Virus record (IMG/VR): IMGVR_UViG_3300028585_000514
Length of the DNA stretch: 64,000 nucleotides
Source of the DNA: a virus
Lineage: Duplodnaviria; Heunggongvirae; Uroviricota; Caudoviricetes
Strand: one strand, 5' to 3'
A program made the position numbers and the translations under genes. Positions 48,411-56,095 of this stretch are shown in pieces (within the stretch, counting starts at the first letter, position 1; every line of letters begins with the position of its first letter). Below the pieces are notes generated by a model, which was not told the DNA's origin, did not search any database, and was given only the letters and a program-made list of their open reading frames with translations.

Positions 48411-48450
48411 TGTACACATCTTCAAGTTCTGTGTATAATGAATCTATCGA
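48411..48450 (+). promoter_or_regulatory. early promoter TGTACA-N17-TATAAT
   Basis: Repeated motif. Confidence 0.75.
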
Positions 48451-48473
48451 CACAGAACTTGAAGGAAAATAAT

Positions 48474-48704
48474 ATGGCACTGTCTGAAATCGAAAAGCAG
48501 AAGCTGATCAAGAAAATGGATCGCAAGCGCGACACGCTGAAGAACGCGACCAAACGCTATCGGACTATCTGCCAGTCAGTGTACCGGGTCGTTGATGCAT
48601 ACGACGATGCCAAGGATCAAATGAAGGAAGCAGGCCTGTGGGGCGACTGGTGCAAGAAGAACGGTTATGCATTTGGTCACGATGCTTCGGACTTCTTCGC
48701 ATAA
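48474..48704 (+). CDS. early hypothetical protein
   Basis: AAGGA RBS before ATG 48474. Confidence 0.7.
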   Translation: MALSEIEKQKLIKKMDRKRDTLKNATKRYRTICQSVYRVVDAYDDAKDQMKEAGLWGDWCKKNGYAFGHDASDFFA

Positions 48705-48719
48705 CTAAAAGGATACGAC

Positions 48720-49025
48720 ATGAAGTGGAATACCCTGAACATCAGTCTCGGCACCAACACCATCGAAGGCGATCGCAATCTGCTGAATCTGCTGACCTTC
48801 GAGAACATCGAGGAGGTGGACCTCGAAGAGTTGCTGGATGATTCCGAAGGCAACGCCGAAGGAACGATCAGTATCTTCCTGAAGACCAATGGCGGCTTCG
48901 ACAACATCAACATCAATGGTGAGCACTTCTCGCCACTGCTGATCGCGTACAACACCTGGAACGCTGATGAGCAGAAGGTGCTGATTAGCGAACTGAAAGA
49001 AAAGCTGGAACGTGAAATGAAATAG
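48720..49025 (+). CDS. acidic hypothetical protein
   Basis: AAGGA RBS; terminator at 49027-49051. Confidence 0.7.
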   Translation: MKWNTLNISLGTNTIEGDRNLLNLLTFENIEEVDLEELLDDSEGNAEGTISIFLKTNGGFDNININGEHFSPLLIAYNTWNADEQKVLISELKEKLEREMK

Positions 49026-49105
49026 CAAAAGGCTCCTTCGGGAGTCTTTTTGCTGTATGGGATACTATTTGATAAATACTAGCATCCCATATTATAGGAA
49101 AAAAT

Positions 49106-49966
49106 ATGAACCTAATTCAAGAACTTCTGTCGTTGAACGAATCCCGTTATGACGATGAAGATGATGCACCAAAAGTCTTTGCTCCGATAGTGGAGAAGGA
49201 CGCGTTCATCCTTTGCAGTGATGATGCCGATGATGCACGTCGCATTAAGCGCATCAACATCGAAAAGCTCACCGAGAAAGATGTCGGCAAGGATGTCTAC
49301 ACGCTGTACAGTATGTCCATCGGCAACTACGCCTTGGTGAAGGGCAAGATTACTAAAATCAATGTCCGTAAAGGCGATCCAAAGGATGCGATGGTGCAGT
49401 ATCGCTACGACAAGATCACTGGCTCGGTTAAGCTGTATAACACCGACAAAAAGTTCGGCAGTGGTGAATATTACATCGACTCCAGCAGTGGCTTGAGCAG
49501 CGGCTACCACGAAGTTGATGACGTCGAAGCGTTCATCGAAAAGATGAACAAAAAGCATAAGGACGATTTCGACTTCAAGAACATCGATCCGAAAATCGCT
49601 AAGGAAGCTGTTGCCAAACTGAATTTGGACAAAGTGTCGCGCGAGTTTGATCTGGATGGGAAGACTTGGGAAGTTTCGGCTTCGGTCAGCGCATCCAGCA
49701 AATACGTTCACCTCGCGGTGCTTCACACTCCTAAAGGCGGTGGCAACATCAAGCATGGCAATCGTATGGAAATCTTCTACATGCCATCTGGTGAAGGTGT
49801 GTTCAAACGTCACTTCGGTTCCTTCGACGTGCCACGTTCACCGCAAGCATGGATGAATCTGAAGACTGAAGTCACTGAGAAAGAAATGGCTGACGAAATC
49901 AAGAAGGCGTTTAAGTTGGCTAAGACCAAAGACGCTGATGCATACCATCGCGAGTTCAGTAAGTAA
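49106..49966 (+). CDS. late hypothetical, candidate internal head protein
   Basis: ATAAATA at 49072; MNLIQELLSLNES N-terminus; terminator at 49983-50008. Confidence 0.75.
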   Translation: MNLIQELLSLNESRYDDEDDAPKVFAPIVEKDAFILCSDDADDARRIKRINIEKLTEKDVGKDVYTLYSMSIGNYALVKGKITKINVRKGDPKDAMVQYRYDKITGSVKLYNTDKKFGSGEYYIDSSSGLSSGYHEVDDVEAFIEKMNKKHKDDFDFKNIDPKIAKEAVAKLNLDKVSREFDLDGKTWEVSASVSASSKYVHLAVLHTPKGGGNIKHGNRMEIFYMPSGEGVFKRHFGSFDVPRSPQAWMNLKTEVTEKEMADEIKKAFKLAKTKDADAYHREFSK

Positions 49967-50045
49967 TACGTTGTCAAGATGCAAAAGGCTCCCGAAGGAG
50001 CCTTTTTTGTTTAGAATGTTCACACCACAATAATAGGAACATTCC

Positions 50046-50225
50046 ATGCAGAACAAACCAATTCGAGGCTTTGACCTCCTCATCGGCGAGACGATCAAGA
50101 AGATCGATGCCACTTCAATCAATGTCGTTACGATTGAGACAGAAAGCGGTAAGAGCATTGAAATCGATTGCGATGAACAACACTACCAAATCGGGATTCT
50201 AAGGTGCCAGGCGGCGTCTGAGTGA
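50046..50225 (+). CDS. 59-aa hypothetical protein MQNKPIRGFDLLIGETIKKID... (not in ORF track)
   Basis: AGGA RBS, ATG 50046, TGA 50223-50225. Confidence 0.6.
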   Translation: MQNKPIRGFDLLIGETIKKIDATSINVVTIETESGKSIEIDCDEQHYQIGILRCQAASE

Positions 50226-50254
50226 ACCAGGCAATAATACGAAAGCAGTAGATG

Positions 50255-50284
50255 CAAAAAAGGCTCCCAACGGGAGCCTTTTTT
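50255..50284. terminator. bidirectional terminator
   Basis: AAAAAAGGCTCCC-AAC-GGGAGCCTTTTTT. Confidence 0.85.
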
Positions 50285-50309
50285 ATTTGTTACCTAACTA
50301 CCTTATCGA

Positions 50310-51515
50310 TTAGATGAAGGATAGGTTAGCCACGTTGATACGACCGTAGTAGTCAGCTGAGTTACCTAGGCTGGTTGCGGTGTCGACGAAGGTCGCTTTA
50401 CCGTAACGAGTCATTAGGCTGACTTGTGGGTTGTAAGTGGTTGGGTCGATAACGACATTGCTTGACATCAATGGGATGTATGGGCAGTAGAAGTAACCAG
50501 TATCCATCTCACCATTGCCACCTTTGTAACCCATCACGATTGGTTCAGTGCCCTGATCGTGGTAGATGTAGGTGTAAACTTTGATCGAACCGTTTAGGGT
50601 ACCGATTAGCTTGGTGTTGTTTGGACCTTCGAACGAACCTTGCACAGCTGGAGCGAACACTGCCTTGCTTGCTGATTGTAGGACTGAAGCAACTAGTGGG
50701 GACACCACGATGAAGTTTGCAGCACCACGACGGGTCTTACGAGCGATTTCCATTGCCACTTTGTTGATTAGCACGCCTAGAACTGCGAAGCGGTCACCAA
50801 CGTAGTGTGGAGTACCAGTGAAGCTGGTTGAAGCCATGTCGAAAGTCTCGACGGTACCAGCTAGTAGACGTAGGTCATTTAGGATTTCGTTGTCGATTTC
50901 CGACACGATTTCTGCTGATAGAGCTGAGGTGATTTCTGCTTCTAGATCAAGACCGTGCTGTGAGCTTAGGTCTTGCATTGCTTCGACTGACCACTTAGCT
51001 TGTAGCTTACGTGAGCCAGCGGTCACAGTTTGCTTCAAGACTTCTAGTTGTAGCTGACGGCCACCGAAAGCTTCGAATTCTGAGGTTGAACCTGCTAGAC
51101 CGGTTGCGGTCTCAACACCACCGACGTCAGCGGTACCACCGGAGTAGAAACGCTTGGTCTTGCTGTTGTTTGCGAATAGTTCAGTACCAGCAGCGATATC
51201 GGTGTGGGTGTCGCCGGTTGCTAGACCTTGCGAGAATAGGAAGCGTAGGGAGTACGCTAGACCCACTGGACCGGACATTGGCTGAACGCCGACTAGTTCG
51301 GAAGCGATGGTACCTGGGATGATACGACGGATCATCGGAATGACGATCTTCTGGAAGTTGCTGATCGCACCAGCGGCGGTAACGCCAGCAGCTGCGGATT
51401 CAATTAGGTGCTGCTTTTGGTTCTCTAGCAGAGGAGCAACGATTGCTTTCTTCTGCTCTGACAAGCCACCAAGAAGTGCTTGTTTAGTTTCTGACCAATT
51501 TTCGAAAAGTTCCAT
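50310..51515 (-). CDS. major capsid protein (gp23-like)
   Basis: IRR..P..IASELVGVQPMSGPVGL, SRKLQAKWSVEAMQDL, YCPYIPL, MTRYG. Confidence 0.97.
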   Translation of the reverse strand: MELFENWSETKQALLGGLSEQKKAIVAPLLENQKQHLIESAAAGVTAAGAISNFQKIVIPMIRRIIPGTIASELVGVQPMSGPVGLAYSLRFLFSQGLATGDTHTDIAAGTELFANNSKTKRFYSGGTADVGGVETATGLAGSTSEFEAFGGRQLQLEVLKQTVTAGSRKLQAKWSVEAMQDLSSQHGLDLEAEITSALSAEIVSEIDNEILNDLRLLAGTVETFDMASTSFTGTPHYVGDRFAVLGVLINKVAMEIARKTRRGAANFIVVSPLVASVLQSASKAVFAPAVQGSFEGPNNTKLIGTLNGSIKVYTYIYHDQGTEPIVMGYKGGNGEMDTGYFYCPYIPLMSSNVVIDPTTYNPQVSLMTRYGKATFVDTATSLGNSADYYGRINVANLSFI

Positions 51516-51544
51516 TTAATTAACTCCTATTTTAACTTTATAAG

Positions 51545-52429
51545 TTATTGTGCTTTAACACCGGCGAGGCTAAGCATTCTGATTGTAGCTAGACCCTGTT
51601 TTGCGACTGGTTCTGCTTTAACTTCCTTAGTACCTTCCTCGAGAGTGTCACCAGTCTTAACGACGTTGGCGGTCTCTTTTGACTCGGTCAAGGTGTTTTT
51701 CTCTTGGACGTCTTCTTTAAGAATACGGCCGACGAAACGGTTGTACGCTTCTTGTAGCTTGCTGGTTTCTACATTTTGTAGAATCAGAGCCATTTGTTCG
51801 CGCTTGACACCTGATAGAGGTGCTAGAACTTCATCTAGTTTCTTAACGCGGTTTGCTTTCTTTTCAGCCTGTTCTGATTCGAATAGACGGGTTTCTGCAT
51901 CTGAAAGCTTGTCTTCTAGAACTGAAATCTTCTTGAAGAGTGAGTCTTCGTCAACGAATGACTTGTTGAATTCGGACATGAAGGATTCGAAAATCTTACG
52001 ACCAAACTGATTTTCTTTGACAACTTCAAGGTCATCCTTGAATTCTGACATTTCTTCTTCGATACGGTACTCGAGGAAGGTGTCTAGCTTGTCAACGATC
52101 TGATCTAGTTCTTCGCCTAGCTTTTCAGCTAGAGCTTTCTTTTCTTCAACTAGCTTAGCTGCCATTTCGACTTCTAGATCGCGGAAAGCTGCGACGTCGT
52201 CTGAGAATTCAGCCATTTCTTCCTTTAGCAAAGCTTCGAGTTTTTCATCGATGCTTTCAACTAGAGCTTCACGATCTTTGGTGTACTGTTCAACTAGCTC
52301 AGCACGGACTTCCAAAGCAAGTTCTTCACGCATCGCTTGAACGCCAGCTTGGAACTGTTCAGTGATTTGAGCTTTAGTGTCTTCGCTAAGGAGTTCAGAT
52401 TCCAACAGTTTGTTTAGAATTTCTTCCAT
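51545..52429 (-). CDS. prohead core scaffold protein (gp22-like)
   Basis: Acidic coiled coil directly upstream of capsid gene; many L-x-E sites. Confidence 0.85.
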   Translation of the reverse strand: MEEILNKLLESELLSEDTKAQITEQFQAGVQAMREELALEVRAELVEQYTKDREALVESIDEKLEALLKEEMAEFSDDVAAFRDLEVEMAAKLVEEKKALAEKLGEELDQIVDKLDTFLEYRIEEEMSEFKDDLEVVKENQFGRKIFESFMSEFNKSFVDEDSLFKKISVLEDKLSDAETRLFESEQAEKKANRVKKLDEVLAPLSGVKREQMALILQNVETSKLQEAYNRFVGRILKEDVQEKNTLTESKETANVVKTGDTLEEGTKEVKAEPVAKQGLATIRMLSLAGVKAQ

Positions 52430-52586
52430 AAAAGTGTCTCCTTTTTCTTATATGATTCGACATGATTATTTATAGAGGTGCGGAAAATTTCTTGTGGATT
52501 TTTCTGGCACCTCACACATTAACAACAATCATGGAACCGTTGTTGTTAAATATTTATAGAGAATCTGAAAATTCTCCTGACATTTT

Positions 52587-52763
52587 TTACTCGGTGACGG
52601 CTTTGTTCGACTCATCAACTTTAGCAGTTGGAGCAGCGGTAGCTGGAGTAACGATTTCACGCATCTTCACTTGGAGATACTGGTGGAAGTCCACAGTTGC
52701 TTCTTCGTCGCGGTCGTGAACCATGTTGGTTAGCATTGACTTGAGGTATTCTTTCTTGTCCAT
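52587..52763 (-). CDS. 58-aa small prohead core-like protein MDKKEYLKSMLTNMVHD... (not in ORF track)
   Basis: GGAG RBS, TATAAATA at 52802-52809, position in head operon. Confidence 0.6.
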   Translation of the reverse strand: MDKKEYLKSMLTNMVHDRDEEATVDFHQYLQVKMREIVTPATAAPTAKVDESNKAVTE

Positions 52764-52833
52764 CTTGATGACTCCTATTTGTTATAGTGTTTGTGTAATG
52801 ATATTTATAGTGCGAAAAAACGCACTATTGTTA

Positions 52834-53403
52834 TCACGAGAATTTTTTCACTTCGACATAGCCCAAGCTATCAAAAAGTTTTTTCAACTTTTCTTTATCC
52901 TTGTTATGGAGTGTGATGATAGTGAATCCATCTTCGCTGAAATAGTCTTCGTCGATGTTCAACGCTTTGATTTTAGCAGCCAATGCAGAAGGCATCTTTG
53001 CCATCTTCAAATCAAACTGAATAGCATCATCGTAATTTTCTACATCGGAATCTTCGATTCTGTACTCGATAGTTCCTGCTTCTGATAGGAATGCTTTGAA
53101 GGTGAGCTTGCGTGGAGCAGCTGACTCTTTCACTGCTTCCTTCTTTTCCTTCTTAGGTTCCTCTTTAGGTTCTTCCTTCTTTTCCTTCTTCGGCTCTTCC
53201 TTCTTTGGTTCGTCGTCTTTGCCGACGACGATCTTCAAGGACTTCAACGCACCATTGACGATACGTTTAGCTTCAGCTGGAGTCGGATGCTCAGGAAGAG
53301 AATCCGCCATGTCGTTTAGGTGACGCACGAGCTTAGCTTTGTCTGATGAGGACAAGCCCTCCATTTCGTCGATCATGCTTCTTACTTTTCCTGGCATCTT
53401 CAT
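52834..53403 (-). CDS. candidate internal head protein
   Basis: EEPKK low-complexity linker, internal LTFKAFLSEA resembling T4 capsid-targeting sequence. Confidence 0.7.
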   Translation of the reverse strand: MKMPGKVRSMIDEMEGLSSSDKAKLVRHLNDMADSLPEHPTPAEAKRIVNGALKSLKIVVGKDDEPKKEEPKKEKKEEPKEEPKKEKKEAVKESAAPRKLTFKAFLSEAGTIEYRIEDSDVENYDDAIQFDLKMAKMPSALAAKIKALNIDEDYFSEDGFTIITLHNKDKEKLKKLFDSLGYVEVKKFS

Positions 53404-53418
53404 TTTCAGTTCCTTAAA

Positions 53419-53691
53419 TTATTTTACTTTGGAGCACTTTTGCAGTGGAACGCGACCGTTGTCCTGAACGTTCTGATCAAACTTAGGATTGGTAGCGCCA
53501 AACTGAATGTGGGCGTAAGCATCGCTCCAAAGGGTTTTGATCTCGCCTTCAAATGTGACTGGCGGCTTCGATTCAACGTCTTGCACTGAAACACGATCGC
53601 CAACTTTGAAGCCGTTTAGTTCGTTGACTTTGGTTGCGGTTGATTCGACTAGGGGGATGCCAGCTAGTTGGCACATACGATTTAGGTTCAT
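53419..53691 (-). CDS. candidate internal head protein with SH3/KOW-like domain
   Basis: RMCQLAGIPLVES N-terminus; FKVGDRV. Confidence 0.7.
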   Translation of the reverse strand: MNLNRMCQLAGIPLVESTATKVNELNGFKVGDRVSVQDVESKPPVTFEGEIKTLWSDAYAHIQFGATNPKFDQNVQDNGRVPLQKCSKVK

Positions 53692-53693
53692 GA

Positions 53694-54320
53694 TTAACGA
53701 CCGGTTAGTGCGGCGATGAACGCAGCGATTTCTTTTGTTAGGTATTTCTGAGCAGCTTGATCGTGAATGACAGCTTCAGCTAGGGTTTTTAGTTCCTTGC
53801 CGTTCTTTGCCATTTCGAGGCTTTCGCGGATTGATTCTGGGTAAGCGTCTGGTGCTGATGGGGTAGCGACGATGTCAACGGTTAGGAAGTTGAAGCCGTT
53901 CACTTTGCCTTCGGTCACTGAACCACTACCGCGTGATGACACGCCTAGCTTTAGACCACCGTCGAGTAGGTTCTTAGCGAGCACACCCATTGGGGTGTTT
54001 AGTAGCTTCATTTTGCCGACAGCGTTGTTGCCGTCCATGCGGATTTCGGTGATGACGTGTGAGACACGCTCAAGGTTGATTTGAAGATCGTTCGGGTGAT
54101 TTAGTTCACCAGCAATGAAGTGACCTTCGGTGATACGCTTCTGCGCATAGTCAACAGCGGCAGCGATCTCGTTTAGAGGATAGATACGGCCGTTGCCGTT
54201 CTGTAGTTCAGCTTGCATGAAGATGCCATTGAGGTAATGGTTCTTACCATCGCTGGTGCTTTCTTCGATGATCTTAGCCTGATTTGGCGCTAGATTTTCG
54301 ATTAGTACGAGTTGGCTCAT
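53694..54320 (-). CDS. prohead protease (gp21-like)
   Basis: GIFMQAE..NGNGRIYP, GELNHP, GVSSRGSG, DIVATPSAPDA. Confidence 0.95.
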   Translation of the reverse strand: MSQLVLIENLAPNQAKIIEESTSDGKNHYLNGIFMQAELQNGNGRIYPLNEIAAAVDYAQKRITEGHFIAGELNHPNDLQINLERVSHVITEIRMDGNNAVGKMKLLNTPMGVLAKNLLDGGLKLGVSSRGSGSVTEGKVNGFNFLTVDIVATPSAPDAYPESIRESLEMAKNGKELKTLAEAVIHDQAAQKYLTKEIAAFIAALTGR

Positions 54321-54389
54321 GTGATATGTCCTTTTGAGTTATAGTTCGGTACTGATATTTATTTCAGTACCGAACTTTTTTCTTTATTT

Positions 54390-56039
54390 TTAGCTTTCTG
54401 CTGCAGCTTTACCAGATGGTGGAGCTGGTTCTTCCTCTGGAGCATCAGTTTCAACGCTGTCGTCTGGTAGACCACCGTCGTCTGAACCGGTGTCCTCTTC
54501 ACCTTCCTCACCTTCCATGTCCATATCTCCTTCACCTTCTTCCGGTGCTTCATACTTCACCGGCTCGCGGTTTTCGTAGAATGCTGGATCGTAGAACATT
54601 TGTAGGTCAGTGATGTCTTCAAACTCTGCAGTTTCAGGCACTTTACGTTCTTGACGTAGCAACGCTTCGTTAGTCTGAATCTTGTCTTCATCCCATCCTA
54701 GGTAGTCACGTAGAGCAACACGTTTGGAAATGAATGGTACTTCTTGGATCGAGTTGAACGTAGCAACAAGGTCAGCGTTAAGTGAAGCCTGACGATATAG
54801 CGCGAAGTTCTGTGGATCAGGTAGTTTCAGCTTAAACAGATTTGGATCAACTTTGATGTTTGAATGTTCTAAGTAAACTTTGAACTCATGATCGAACACC
54901 TTCTCCAACTTGTTTTGCAGACGCTTAACGAAGTTTGCGAAGCGCAATTCTTCGATGTAAGCGATACCGACTTTACCGTCATTGACCTGTGCACCTTGGG
55001 CATCAGCACCCTTCATGTACGAGGTTGGAACACGTAGACCGCGGAACACTTTCTCTTGGAAGTATAGCAAGTCACCGTTCTCACCTAGCTGATCGCCGCC
55101 TGGTAGGGTTTCAACACGTGAACCACGACCATTTGCTGACGTCGAGAAGAAGTAATCTTCAGCTGCCGAAATTGGGTTATAGACTGAGTCAATCGAATCT
55201 TGTCCATCTTGTCCATTCGGGATACGCTTCTGACGAACTTCGTTCTTCACGCTCTCTAGGTACTGCTTCACCTTGTGAGCAGGCATGTTACCAGTATCGA
55301 TGTAGAACACACGACGTTCCGGTGCACGAACCACACGGTAGATAACGATCGAGTCTTCCAACAGACCTAGCTGTTTGAAAGCTTTGGTCACGCTCTGTAG
55401 AACTGATTCACCGAATGGAGCAGATTCACCCATATCGTCGGACAAAGTAAAGTGAACGATACCTTCTTTTGGAATGACTTCGACCTCGTCGTAAGAGCCC
55501 TTCTTGTTATCGTTCTTGCGAAGGTGGTAAGCCACGATTTCGCCTTTGTTGTCCATCTCGATACCAATCACTTCGGTTGGCTCAACGAACACCCATTTCT
55601 TGTGGTCGGAGAACTTACGGAAGAAGCAGTCGCCGAACTTAATCGCATAACGTGCCGTACGGAAGATTCGGTTCTCCAAGTCTTGTACGTCAGCCCAGTG
55701 GCGTAGTGCAGCCTTCACGGTCATGACGATCGACTCTTTAACTTCCTTGTTGTCGTCGTTTTGATAGTGAATGTTGAATGGAAGTTCGGTTTGATCGTCC
55801 TTAGTCGAAATTTCTTCCGCAATGGTATCCAATGCGCGAGAGATGTCAACGTCAGCATCCATCATGTTGTACTGGTTATAGCGAGTCATACGCGTACCAG
55901 CACCCTTCATCACTTGGGTGTACCAGCTGAAGTTTGCAATGGTCGCTTCGTTATTCGCATCATACGAATCGCGAGCGACATATGCATCCTTTGGAGGAGC
56001 TGGCTTAATAATTTTGTAGTACTGAGTCCACTGTCCCAT
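54390..56039 (-). CDS. portal protein (gp20-like)
   Basis: LLEDSIVIYRVVRAPERRVFYIDTGNMP, EDYFF, VETLPGG, ELRFANFVKRLQ. Confidence 0.96.
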   Translation of the reverse strand: MGQWTQYYKIIKPAPPKDAYVARDSYDANNEATIANFSWYTQVMKGAGTRMTRYNQYNMMDADVDISRALDTIAEEISTKDDQTELPFNIHYQNDDNKEVKESIVMTVKAALRHWADVQDLENRIFRTARYAIKFGDCFFRKFSDHKKWVFVEPTEVIGIEMDNKGEIVAYHLRKNDNKKGSYDEVEVIPKEGIVHFTLSDDMGESAPFGESVLQSVTKAFKQLGLLEDSIVIYRVVRAPERRVFYIDTGNMPAHKVKQYLESVKNEVRQKRIPNGQDGQDSIDSVYNPISAAEDYFFSTSANGRGSRVETLPGGDQLGENGDLLYFQEKVFRGLRVPTSYMKGADAQGAQVNDGKVGIAYIEELRFANFVKRLQNKLEKVFDHEFKVYLEHSNIKVDPNLFKLKLPDPQNFALYRQASLNADLVATFNSIQEVPFISKRVALRDYLGWDEDKIQTNEALLRQERKVPETAEFEDITDLQMFYDPAFYENREPVKYEAPEEGEGDMDMEGEEGEEDTGSDDGGLPDDSVETDAPEEEPAPPSGKAAAES

Positions 56040-56095
56040 GTGTCTCCCTATGTATTTGTTATATGGATTTATTTATCAGCTCAAAAATGCCGACA

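Noticed and set aside
53130-53215. Repetitive TTCCTTC/TTCTT tract
   Set aside because: Encodes a low-complexity EEPKKE linker, not a DNA repeat element
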